In this document: positions 1 to 17,700 of the stretch, one piece after another
How positions within the stretch are numbered: the first letter of the stretch is position 1
How the letters are laid out: every line of letters begins with the position of its first letter
Origin: the human T2T-CHM13v2.0 reference genome, Homo sapiens
Direction: 5' to 3' (one strand)
DNA: 64,000 nt
Assembly: GCF_009914755.1 (NCBI RefSeq)
Contig: NC_060936.1
The notes under the pieces: model-generated
Told to the model about the DNA's origin: nothing
The model's input: only the letters and a program-made list of their open reading frames with translations
Databases searched by the model: none
Translations under genes and position numbers: made by a program

Positions 1-161
1 ATAGGTGTGCACCACCATGCCTGGCTAATTTTTTATTTTTTGTAGAGATGGGGGTCTTGCTATGTTGCCCAGGCTGGTCTTGAACTCCTGGCCTCAAGCA
101 ATTCTCCCTCCTTGGCCTCTCAAAGCACTGGGATTATAGGTGTGAGCCACTGCACCTGACC
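1..161 (-). mobile_element. Alu (AluJ-like), truncated by window start
   Basis: Antisense Alu left arm ending gtgagccactgcacctgacc. Confidence 0.9.
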
Positions 162-322
162 CATTCTGCTCTTTAGATATCACTGCTTTGAGTGGTGGAG
201 AAACCGGAGGGCAAGAACAACCACAAAGAACTGGAGCAGTCTGGAGTTGGTACTTGAGTTGAGTCCGCCTGAGAGTGTAGTGGAGAAGATGTGGTTCTTT
301 GAATTTCTCTTTGGACCTGTAG

Positions 323-778
<456 letters not shown>

Positions 779-805
779 ACAATAATTTACCTTAAAAACA
801 AAACA

Positions 806-2214
<1,409 letters not shown>

Positions 2215-2281
2215 AAGCTTATTTGCAAAGCATCATCTAAAACCCTAGAAAGGAGGTGACATTATTATTCCCATTTTAAAT

Positions 2282-2620
2282 TTTATTGTATGTATGTATT
2301 TATTTACTTACTTATTTACTTACTTTATTTTTACTTTCCAGACAGGGTCTCTCTTTGTTGCCTAGGCTGGAGTGCAGTGGAACGAACTTGGCTTATTGAA
2401 GCATTGACCACCTGGACCCAAGTGATTCTCCTACCTTAGCCTCTTGAATAGCTGTGACAACAGGTGTGCACTACCACACCCAGATAAATTTTGTAATTTT
2501 TATAGAGAGGGCATTTGACCATGTTGCCCAGGCTGGTCTCAAACTCCTGAGCTCAAGTGATACTCCTGCCTCGGCCTCCCAAAGTGCTGGGATTACAGGT
2601 ATGAATCTCCGCACCTGGCC
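2282..2620 (-). mobile_element. AluJ
   Basis: Diverged antisense Alu with (TTTA/TACT) tail. Confidence 0.85.
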
Positions 2621-2696
2621 TATTTTATTTTATTTTTTATAGGGACCATTGCAATGGGGTCTTGCCAAGGGGGAGACAGAGGGTGGACTCAACTCC

Positions 2697-2803
2697 TCAT
2701 TATCTCCATTTTACAGATGAAGAAAATGAGGCACTGAGAGATTACATAACTTCCCTTGAGTCATATTTGCTTGTAAGTGGTAAGGCTGGATGTTGAACCC
2801 AGG
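2697..2803 (-). mobile_element. MIR
   Basis: MIR core ccattttacagatgaagaaaatgaggcactgagag. Confidence 0.75.
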
Positions 2804-2834
2804 ACAAAGGGGTATGTATGCATGTATGTATGTA

Positions 2835-3003
2835 TTTATTTTTAATTTATTTTTTAAAGACAAGATCTCTGCTGTCACTCAGGCTCAAGTACAGTGGCAA
2901 GATCATAGCTTACTGCAGCCTTAACCTCCTGGGCTCAAGGAATCCTCCCGCCTCAGCCTCCTGAGTAGCTGGGAATATAGGTATATTCTGCTGTACCTGG
3001 CTA
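2835..3003 (-). mobile_element. Alu right-arm monomer (FRAM/AluJ)
   Basis: Only the right arm is present. Confidence 0.8.
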
Positions 3004-3629
3004 GATGTTAAAAGCTAGTGGCTTTTAAGCTTTGTGCTATACCACCTTTTTCAAGACCACTGAGTTCAGATAGTGACCTCAGAGTGAGGACACAATGGCA
3101 CTCCAGCTCAGACAGGTCTCTGGGGATAGTGACAGAATTCTCTCTTCCCAGTGTCCACTCAAGGGACAGAATTCTGTACCTTAGGCCAGAATTTCCTCCA
3201 GTTCTTTCCATCCCTTGGGCAACCTACATATCTGTGGCCTATTCTAGGGGACTGGAAGTGACAGCTGAGACCTGCTTAGTGACGTGACATCATGGGAATT
3301 TGAGAGCACAGGCTTTGAGGCTGGCATGGTGATAGTAATTACTGGCCTCAGCATGACGGGGAGGGTGACTGAGATAAGCGCCTGGAAAGAGGCTGGCAGG
3401 GTGCCGGGCACTTAGAAGGCACCCGGTGTGGTGGAGATGGTTGGCCTTGTGGATTGTCCTGTAGTCTGTTAATTCCTAGGACTGGAATACTAATTTTATG
3501 GTTGGGGGATACTTGATAGAACTTGTTTCTGCAGGATGAGAAGGAAAATGCTCTGCAAATTTGCAGAGCACTGACTATAAAAATTGAGACCAGAGAACTT
3601 ACTATAAGCTGGGTACCCTGGGAGGCACT

Positions 3630-3760
3630 GACATATATCATCTCACAATCTTTGCAAACAACTCTAGGGAACGGGACACCCCTGTTACAGATGAGGAGGC
3701 TGAGGATCAGAGATGAGCTTGCTCAAGGTCGCTTAGCTAGTAAGTGGTAGAATTGGGCTT
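3630..3760 (-). mobile_element. MIR
   Basis: ttacagatgaggaggctgagg...cttgctcaaggtcgcttagctagtaagtgg. Confidence 0.7.
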
Positions 3761-3825
3761 CTGATCATTTCTTTTGCTTAAAGATTTCTTTGATGTGGGA
3801 CTAGTTCCTTCCTCTCTGCTATATC

Positions 3826-4507
<682 letters not shown>

Positions 4508-4596
4508 TAAGGCCTCTGCTGTCCATCCCATCCAAGATTGCAAACCTCTCCTTCCCCCTCCAAACTACCTTGCTCTTGTTCATTCTATTTTGATAG

Positions 4597-4933
<337 letters not shown>

Positions 4934-5029
4934 TAACAAGCCATGGAATTCCCTTACTTATGATGCTTGTGCTTGATTATATTTCTCTTTATAGTAAAAT
5001 GTAAGCTCCATTAGTGTTTAAAAAGTATT

Positions 5030-5170
5030 TATCTTTATTTAAACATTTTAATCGATACATAATATTTGTATATATTTGTACAAATGTGTACAAATATTTA
5101 TGGGGCACATGTGATATTTTGATACATCCATACAACATGTAATGATCAAGTCAGGGTATTTAGGCATGGG
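5030..5170 (-). mobile_element. L1MA-type 3' end fragment
   Basis: tatggggcacatgtgatattttgatacatccatacaacatgtaatgatcaagtcagggta. Confidence 0.65.
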
Positions 5171-5199
5171 CATTTTTGTGGATTTTCAAAATAGTCATG

Positions 5200-5961
<762 letters not shown>

Positions 5962-6719
5962 TTACATTATCTCAGCCAACATCTCAGGCCTTCTCAGAAG
6001 GTCAAGCACAGTAATGGATGTAATAGCATCATGTCTAACAAAGTGTTAGGCCAGTGAACGTGAGGGTGCTGGCTGTTCTTCCTTTCCCTGATCCCAGGGC
6101 TGGGCACCTCCCTGCTTTGCCTCCTGTTTGTCTAATCAGTGTGTTCCCCTGGCTGGTTTTCATCTCCTTTTCCATAGCTTTCCCCTTCCCACGCCAGGGA
6201 TGCCACGTGGCTGCTCCATCATTTATAGTGACGGCCAAATAATTGAATTGTTATTGGTTTGGAGCGGGGTGAGGGAGGGGGAGAGATTTTTGCTAAATTG
6301 TTTCACTTTAGATAATGTTCATCTCCTGCTCTGTTGTGATTTATTTCTGCTGTTGGCAGTCTTGCTTTCTGGAAATTAATTCTCTGATTGGAATGGAAAG
6401 GAAAGTTGGTGGTGGCAGGGTGTGTGGTGTGGGGATTCCTTTTGGACGTAAGATCTGGATGAAGAGCTGGTCTGAGTTTCTCTGGGAGTGGCTGGAGGGA
6501 GGAGGGAATTTGGGTGTTGAGAATCTCGGGGTGCCTAGTATGTGCTCCTCACTTTATTTGAGTGGCACATTGTATTATAATCTCTTGAATCCGGTGGGCC
6601 TTAGGCTCCGGTCATCTGCTGTTTATATGGGCACACTCACTTCCCAGATCTCCTCTGGAAGACCCTCATATCCACATTTTGCAGATGGGAAAATTGAGGC
6701 TCAGACTGATGCATGTCAT

Positions 6720-7170
6720 TGTACCAGGTATCTACTGCTCTGTAACAAACCACCCCAAACTTAGTGGCCTAGGAACAACTGTTTTATTATGTTCACAGAT
6801 TCTGTGCGTCAGGCATTTAGGAATGAAACAGTGGGAATAGCTTGTTTCTACTCTGTGATGTCTGGGCCTCAGGTGGGAAGACTTGAATGACTGGGCGTGT
6901 TTTGAATAGCTCAGAGCCTGAGCCATCTGAAGCCTCTTTTACTCATATGTCTGGAACTGAGGCTGGATGACTCAAAGGCAGGCCTCAGCTGGGACAGTTG
7001 ATTGGAGGACCTCCACATGGCCTCTTCTTGCATCTTGGGATTCTTCAAGTCATGGTGACCAAATTCTAAGACGTTCTTGAGATTGAACACAAGAGAACAT
7101 GTGTTCTGGGAGAACCAAGTGGAAGCTGAATGGTCTTTTTCGACCTGGCCTTAGAGTCAGGCAGCATCAC
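6720..7170 (-). mobile_element. Old MaLR LTR (MLT1 family)
   Basis: tgtaacaaaccaccccaaacttagtggc...cacagattctgtgcgtcagg. Confidence 0.65.
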
Positions 7171-7344
7171 TTGCTAGAGCAGAATGCAGGCCTAAAATCT
7201 GACCAGAGAATTCAGTGGAGACAGAGAGCAAGAGCACGTCTGGAGAAAAGTGCCCCACTCCCCAACCCTGCCAGAGGATGCTTATTGAAGAGGCCACACC
7301 ATGGGTTCCGAAACAAGGTCACTCAGTAAAAAAGGTCTATTGGT

Positions 7345-7345
<1 letters not shown>

Positions 7346-7390
<45 letters not shown>

Positions 7391-7432
7391 CACAGTTATA
7401 TGCATGTGTGTATTTTATATATATATATATAT
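7346..7432. repeat. (TG)n/(TA)n compound microsatellite
   Basis: Direct reading. Confidence 0.95.
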
Positions 7433-7504
7433 TTTTTTTCTTTTTCCTTTTTTTTCTGCAGGGAAAATCCCAATTCTGGCCTTAAATAATAAAGACTTTT
7501 TGTT

Positions 7505-8102
<598 letters not shown>

Positions 8103-8118
8103 TTAATTTGATGGTTCA

Positions 8119-8493
<375 letters not shown>

Positions 8494-8835
8494 TCACCCA
8501 TCCAAAGTGGCTTGGCTAGTAAGTGGCAGAATCAGATTCGAACCAAGGCAGTCTGTCTGCAGTGCCCTCTCATGAAAGCACTGTGCTACACTTCTCTCTT
8601 TTGAGATGGGGTATAGGAAAAAGAGAGAGAGAGAGAAACCAAACACACACCCCTTTAAGCAGAGAGAAAGGGAATCCGATGTGGCTGAGCATAGGGTTGG
8701 CCCCGACAGTCATCTCTTACAGATAGATGTATTGACTAAGCTCAGAAAGCCTACATGGTAAGTCCAAGGTCCCAGGAAGTTAAGTGGCAGAACCAGGATT
8801 TATATCCAGATTCAGATCACTGGGCTTTTCCCAAC

Positions 8836-9135
8836 TTTTTTTTTTTTTTTTTTTTGAGATGGAGTCTCGCTCTGTCACCTAGGCTGGAGTGCAGTGGCGT
8901 GATCTCGGTTCACTGCAACCTCCGCCTCCCAGGTTCAAGCAATTCTCTGCCTCAACCTCCTGAGTAGCTGGGATTACAGGCGCCCACCACCACACCCAGC
9001 TACTTTTTTGTATTTTTAGTAGAGATGGGGTCTCACTGTGTTAGCCAGGATGGTCTTGAACTCCTGACCTCGTGATCCACCCACCTCGGACTCCCAAAGT
9101 GCTGGGATTACAGGCGTGAGCCACCGTGCCCGGCT
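8836..9135 (-). mobile_element. AluS
   Basis: Antisense dimer; ttcccaac TSD; flanked by MIR remnants 8490-8820. Confidence 0.9.
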
Positions 9136-10112
9136 TCCCAACATTTTTATCCTGTTCACCTTACCTCCCATCATTATCTCAACTTTTAAAATTTGTTTAA
9201 TTTTAAACTGAAATGAACAGGGGAAAGTATCTGCCAGGGGAGAGAGGTACAGAATGAATGGGATTGGTACTGAGTTGCTTCTGGTAACCCATGGAGGAAG
9301 AAGGCAGGATGCAGGATCTGATGTTTAATGGATTCTTCGAGTCTGATGACAGCAGCTTCATTCCAGGCTTAAGTGCATCTAGCCACGGGCTCCTAGTTGG
9401 TTGGACCAGAGAGGGGCAGAGCCAGAGGCCTCATGGATGGGGCCTGACTGGGTCCTAGGGAGAGGTGCAGGTTAAGGCAGGATCAACCTCTTCTGCAGCA
9501 TACAGAACTGGCCTCTGGGAGAGGAGGATGGGGAGATGATGACTTCTTCCCTCTCCTGTTTCCCCACCCATTGCCCAAAGCACAGCAACAGGCCAATGGG
9601 CAGTGTCCTCACATGGGCAGTCCTAGGTTGGTGGGGGTCGGTGGGGGATCCCTCCCTCATCCTGGTTGGCTGAGAGGGCCACACACAGACACAGACAGAC
9701 AGAGGTCTCTCTGAAATGGATGGTTAATTGTCTCCAGGCCAGGGAGACCTGCAGAATTAGGGCTTTCCGGGACTGGACCAGGAGACCTGGGAGGCAGAGA
9801 CCCTGCCCCTACCCCCAGCCCTCTCATTTCCTTGCCAGCAGTCCAGAAATCCAGGTCGTTTTCAAAGCCTGAGGCTGCTGTCTACCCAAGCATGGGGTCA
9901 CTTCCGGGGTCACTGGCTGGACAAGCAGGTCAATTTTAGCAGGAAACCAACATTTAAGTGGTGCTGGCTAAGTCAGGGTTCTGAAAGCTGGCTCTGACCT
10001 TTGCAAAAGCCTGGTCTTTTCACCTCATTTTACACCTGGAAAGCCTGAGTGCTCCAGAAACTAACATTTATGAAACAAACACACACACAGACACATACAA
10101 TCTTAATAAATG

Positions 10113-10690
10113 CTTAAATATATACATATATGTATATATTTATATATATTTATACATGTAAATATATATAAATATATATATTTATACATGTAAATATATA
10201 TAAATATATATATTTATACATGTAAATATATAAATATATATATTTATATATGTAAATATATATATTTATATATGTAAATATATATATTTATATATGTAAA
10301 TATATATTTATATTTGTAAATATATTTTATATATAATGTATTATATATTATACATATTTTAAATATATAATATATAATATATTATACATATTTTAAATAT
10401 ATAATATATATTATATATATTATACATATTTTAAATATATAATATATAATATATATTATACATATTTTAAATATATAATATATAATATATATTATATATT
10501 TTAATTTATATATAATATAATATATAAATACATAATATATATTTATATTATGTATTTATATATTTATATATTATATATTTATATATAATATATTTATATA
10601 TTATTTATATATTTATATATAATATATTTATATATTATTTATATATTTATATATAATATATTTTTATTTATATATGTATATGTATATATA
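10113..10690. repeat. AT-rich compound minisatellite / (TA)n low-complexity tract
   Basis: Almost pure A/T with successive 22-34 bp tandem units. Confidence 0.95.
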
Positions 10691-10769
10691 TACACACACA
10701 TACATACACACACACACACAGGACACACAATGCTTTATGTATATACATACACACAAACACACAGACATA

Positions 10770-10960
10770 CATGCCAGGCATGGTGGGAGGTACTTCCAAA
10801 TTGCTATCACTTGCAATCTTCACAACCCTGACAGAGGAGGCTTTTTGATTTTATTGTTACAAATTCTCATTGCATAGATGGGCATACTGAGTCTCAGAGA
10901 GGTTAAGAGGCTTGTTTAGGATCACTTAGCCAGGAACTGTCAAGTGGGACTTGAAGTCTC
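10770..10960 (-). mobile_element. MIR
   Basis: tagatgggcatactgagtctcagagaggttaag... Confidence 0.65.
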
Positions 10961-12186
10961 CTGTTGTCTCCATGCTCAGCCTTCTTTTCACTTTAACCTT
11001 GAACCTCTGAACTCCAGAGCCCAGTGGAGGATCCCTGGAGGAGCAAATAGAAGAAACCCAAAAGGGACTTGAAAGCGGGTCCCCTCCCTCACCTGGATTC
11101 CCAGTCCGAAGAGGAGGAAGCACCCGCCCTCCTTCCCTCCTTCTGACCCACCCAGCCACCCACCCAAGGTGCCATTAAAGTTAATTGTTTTTACTGCCAG
11201 TTTAACATAGTCTTGTAAATCTTTTTACGATGTGGCCGGGGAACACCGAGCTGCATGCAGGACTCAATGGAGTTGGAGCACAGGAGCGTGGCCCCAGAGC
11301 TATCTGGAGGGTGTAAAATGGGAGCGCCACGTCTCTCCAGGGGCACCCTCTTCCCTCCTCCTGGAGCACCAGGCCCAAGACCCTCATCTGAGTGGCAGTT
11401 CTCCCAGGCGAGGCTAGGATTGTGCCTGGAATGCTAAGATCCTCCAGGTCACCCCCACTGTTTCGAGAGGCCATCCCTCTTGACTCTAAGTTGTGGAATC
11501 CTCCAGAATCCGAGGCCTCCAAGCCCTGGAGAGAGGTTCTGGATCCTTCAGAAAGGTTGAGGGGTGATTCCCATATAGAAAGCTTGGCGCTGGGTCTCTC
11601 CATTTGCCCACCAAGGACCGGCAGGCAAAAGCACTGCAAGGTGGACGTTTAGGGGTATGAGGGGCGCACATTCCATGGCGCAGGGACTCTGGAGGTGCAG
11701 GTCTTCTACGAAGGTGATTCCGCCATTTCCCAGCCATTACCAGCGGAGAGAGCTGAGTCTTCCTGAACAGCGCCTTTAAGCTGGTTTGTCCCAGGTTGGT
11801 GGAGCGGGACTCAGCGGTTTCTGTCCCTTGGGTAGACCTTGGCTTCCATCTGTCTGGGTACAGGCACGATTTCCCTCTCCCGGTTCCTGGCATCCCCATT
11901 GTGAGCCATCCATGTCAAAATAAGGGTCTTAACTCCCACCGTTGTCACTAGCATTAAACAGACACTCCTAATGTGCCCAGAAAAATGCCAGGCGCACGCT
12001 AAACATCTGTAAACCACGGTGACAGCTCTAAGCGTTCATGATTAAGCCCAAATATTTATTAGGCACTGGTGTGCAAGCCTTGTGTAAGTGCTGAGGACAC
12101 ACAGAGAAGAACGACGTACTTTCCTCTAAAGAGGGTTTTTTGTTATTGACAAAGGAACCTAGAGGGCATCAACGCAACACACAGAG

Positions 12187-12344
12187 CAGTCCTTCCCAAA
12201 ACATACCCCGGGAACCGGTTAGAAATGCGCATTCTCAGGCCCAGCTGAGACCAGTTGAATGAGGTGTCCGGGAGCGGGGCCCAGAATTCCTGTTTTAACA
12301 AAGCCCCCACGTGATTGTGAGCTCCTTAAGGTTCGAGAACCCTG
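12187..12344. mobile_element. MER5A-like hAT-Charlie MITE
   Basis: gttagaaatgcgcattctcaggccc...ggggcccagaattcctgttttaacaagcccccacgtgatt...ttcgagaaccctg. Confidence 0.7.
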
Positions 12345-12599
12345 ATGCAGTGAACGCAGGCGCAGGCTCTGGAGTGAGAAATTGTGGGTTTTCATCTCCT
12401 TGCATCTATGTTGTGGGGCTTTGACCAAGAAATGGTAACAAACTCAGAAGGGGAGAAGGGGAAAGAGAGTGGATGGAGTAGGGGCGGTGAGAAGGAAGAC
12501 AAGGGAATAACCAGCCCTCTTCCCAACAGGGCTTCCTCGATCAGAGGCCGAATTTCCGAGCAGGATAGACCAGGGGGCTCGAACTAATAATTCTGAGGG

Positions 12600-14100
12600 G
12601 TCAGAAAGGCCTCTCAAAACGCGCCGCGATTTGAAACCTGCAAACGCGGGGTTCAGGTCGGCTCCGTTTCTTCCAAGCAGCCTGCCTTTGGGGCACCCAA
12701 CCCTTCCCAAGCCTCGGTTTTCCCGATCTTGTGGGATCCTTGCGGCGCGAATGGGGTTGGAAGCACCTTGGAAGCTACAGAGTACCGGGTCGGGACAATT
12801 TCCGGCACTGCCCCAGTTCAGTGGTTTATAGAAAATTTCTTTCTCTCTCTCAGGTCCACTAAGACCGAGAGAGAGAGAGAAGTCGACTCTGGCACACCCG
12901 GGCGAGGGGCTGCCGGGATTCGGGAGCTGGCGCGGTTGATTTTTTCCGAGAATCCTCCACTTGGGGTGACGTCGGGCAGCGCGCGCGGGCCGTGAGGTTA
13001 ATGCCCAGGCTTTTCTCTAAAGCGTCCGGGAATGATCCGGCGAATAAAACGGGTGTCTGCAAAGTTAATGAATTGTACAAGGAGGCTGAGGGTGGGGACT
13101 TCGACCCGGGGAGCCAGAGGCGGTTCTGGTGGACGCTTCCCCGTGCGCCTAGGGGTGCGCTGGGCTTTCCCAGCCGAGGTCTGCAGAGCGCACCGCGTGA
13201 GCTTCATCGATCTCATTCTTCTTCCAAGTGGGAGGAGGTGGAGATGCTGGGAGAGTTGTGGGGAGTTGGGAGTGGGTTGGAGGGGGACTGTCTAGATTCT
13301 ACTCTGGAGGATCCAATCACGTGGTGCTGTTCCCCTGCCTAGAACTTCAAGGTTTTCCAACAGTTTGAATAAAACCCAAACGATGCCCGATGTCCAACGA
13401 ACGAATGATCTAGCCTCGGCCTACTTCTCAGGACTTAGCTTTGTCCCTGCCCGCGACTTCCCGCTGGGAACGTCGTCCCCGCCACCACCGGCTCTGCTTA
13501 GGTTCGAACTCTGGGCCACTCTTCCCACTCCCTCTGGTTTCCAGCAGGAGAAGCGCTTCGGAGGAGGGGGCTAGGGGCGCTCAACCTCCCGGGTTAGAGG
13601 AAATGCAAGTTGGGCCAATTTCGCCCTTCCAGACTCCGAGGCGGATAGGCCCAGGGGGCAGCGGCCTTGCCCGGCGGCCACTGCCCTCCTCCTCCCCCGC
13701 GCCCCCTGGCTAGGCTTTGAAGAGCTCATTTTAAGAACTTTTCCATTTTCCTTTTGGAGGCGTGTTTGTTCTTCTCAGTCACCTCGCTTTTTTTTTTTTT
13801 TATGAGCTTCAGCGCTGATCTGCACGTTCTTCCCTCCGTGTAATTTCAATTTGAACTCTCCCCAGAGCGGCCTTTTCCCTCTTGTTGCCTGCCAAGTCGT
13901 TTGAAGGCTAAGCAAACATTCTTCCTCCCTCCCGTCCGCGCGAGTCTCGGTCTACACCCGCGAGGGGAGGCGGAGGCGGTTACTCCGAGAGTTCCGGTGG
14001 GTTGGAGCCTTTCAGCAGCCGCCTTCAGACTGTTTGGGAGGCCGAAAAGCGGGAGGGGAGGTGAAACACCGGAATAAATGCCCCTACGACCGCTCTTCTC
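12600..14100. promoter_or_regulatory. CpG island with no associated ORF (orphan CGI)
   Basis: High GC and CpG density in unique sequence; CRE-like TGACGTCG 12967, GCGCGCGC 12979, CCAAT+CACGTG 13313-13323. Confidence 0.85.
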
Positions 14101-14116
14101 AAGGGTTATGGTGGGC

Positions 14117-14119
14117 GTG

Positions 14120-14154
<35 letters not shown>
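14117..14154. repeat. (GT)n microsatellite
   Basis: Direct reading. Confidence 0.95.
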
Positions 14155-14157
<3 letters not shown>

Positions 14158-14176
14158 CATTCCGTAACCCACATTA

Positions 14177-14490
<314 letters not shown>

Positions 14491-14859
14491 AGAAGTCTTG
14501 GGAAGGAGGACAGTGGAGACACACAGGGAATGATCCAACTGAAGTAAGCTTCAGCACTCAGTAAGTGTCCAGCTCTGTTCTTTCCACAGACTGCCTCCTT
14601 CAATTTTCAGCCAGTTTTGTGGCTAGGTGTTAACCCCATTTTACAGGTGGGAGACATTGAGGCTGACTGATGAGGTTAGTTTCTCAGCCACCCTTCTAAG
14701 ATCTAAGTCCACTTTTGAGCAAGTGCTCTGAATAACAATAATTATCTTACAGCTTAATGTACGATTATTAAATACCACTCCCCTTTCATTTTACCATTGA
14801 GGCTTATGTCTTTATTGGTTGTTCAAGTAGGGCAAAGGAAATGGCCTTTTAAAACTCAG

Positions 14860-15455
<596 letters not shown>

Positions 15456-15589
15456 AACCAGAGAAACTGGGTGCCTGTCATTGTATCCTGTCAGAGAAAA
15501 CATATTGACAAGAAACATGAAAACAAAAAAAAAAAAAGATTAAGTACCTATAACAACTGCCCTTTTTAATATATATTTATAATGTTTAT

Positions 15590-15720
15590 TGTTATAAAAA
15601 AGTAGAGATGAGGTGTCGCTATATTGTCCAGGCTAGTGTTGAACTCCTGGCCTCAAGTGATCCTCCCACCTTGGCCTCCCAAGGTGCTGGGATTACAGGC
15701 ATGAGTCACTGTGCCCAGCC
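15590..15720 (-). mobile_element. FLAM
   Basis: Left-arm monomer; TSD acaactgcccttt. Confidence 0.82.
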
Positions 15721-15729
15721 ACAACTGCC

Positions 15730-15930
15730 CTTTATTAAGCATGTAATTATGTGCCAGGCACTGTTCTAAACTGTCTACTTACATATTTCTCACAATGTCT
15801 TTATGCATTAGGTACTTTTCACGTGACAGATAGGAAAACTGAGGCACAGAGAAGCTGAGTAACCTGCCCAAGTTCACACAGCTAGAAAGAGCTAGTTGCA
15901 GGACTTAAACTCAGGCAGAGGCACCCCTAA
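15730..15930 (-). mobile_element. MIR
   Basis: tatgtgccaggcactgttcta...aggaaaactgaggcacagagaagctgagtaacctgcccaag. Confidence 0.8.
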
Positions 15931-16329
15931 CCACCAATATGCATCCCTCTGCCCTTCCCAGCTCTCTCCTGAGTCACATGAAAGAAACCCCAGGCTTACT
16001 GGTCCTAGGCTGCAGTTTTCCTCCCCAAGGTCGCTCTGGGGACAAACAGGAAGATGGGAGGAGGCATGGGGCAGTTACATAAGGCGGTCACTTCAAAGGT
16101 GGCCTCTCCGGGGTGGATAGCCTTGGCTTTGGGCAGTTAGCTGGAGCACCAGCCGGCAAGCTGAGGGCTGTCCACCATCTATCTCCTACCCAATCTCCTC
16201 TTAGTCCAACGGCAAAACGGGCAGTGGAGGAGATGAAGGCTGGACTAGGGGGGCGAGGAGGCAGGTCTTGTAATCAAAGCTGGGCAGTGGCAGAAATCAG
16301 GTGATGCAAATAAAAATAAAAATAATAAC

Positions 16330-16612
16330 ACCAGGCTCAGTGGCTCATGCCTGTAATCCCAGCACTTCGGGAGGCCGAGGTGGGCAGATTGCTTGAGGCC
16401 AGGAGTTGGAGACCAGCCTGGCCAACATGGCAAAACCCCGTCTCTATTAAAAATACAAAAATTAGCTGGGCATGGTGGCACATGCCTGAAATTCCAGGTA
16501 CTCGAGAAGTTGAGGCACAAGAATTGTTTGAACCCAGGAGGCGGAGGTTGCAATGAGCCAAGATTGTGCCACTGCACTCCAGCCTGGGTAGCAGAATGAG
16601 ACTCTGTTTTAA
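16330..16612 (+). mobile_element. AluS
   Basis: Sense dimer. Confidence 0.9.
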
Positions 16613-16967
16613 AAACAGCAGCATTTATTGAGCATTTACTATAAGCTAAGCCCTTATGTTAACAGCTCTGTAGGTAAGGACTTTCAATCGTTTCCTTTAA
16701 GGGGCTCAGAGAGGTTAAGTCATTAGTTCAGTCGCACGGCTGGGCTGCCTGCCCTAGTAGGAAGGAGGCCTACAGCAGGCACTAACTTCATGTGAATTTG
16801 GCACATTCTGGCGGAAGTGGGTTCTCACTTTCTGTGATGCAAGTTGCAAAACAGAATGAGAGGATCTCAGAATGGTAGGTCCAGCTACCCTCTAGATGGG
16901 AAAACTGAGGCCTGGTGAGGGGTGGAGTATGACCTAAGGTCTTACATTAAGTCAAGAGGGAATCCAG

Positions 16968-17700
<733 letters not shown>

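Noticed and set aside
10113-10690. Regular repeats as a CRISPR-like or coding array
   Set aside because: No unique spacers; simple AT slippage units in a eukaryotic context.
12600-14100. Naming the locus (impression of an intergenic region near a homeobox or T-box gene)
   Set aside because: Cannot be verified from sequence alone; needs BLAT, so no gene symbol is assigned.
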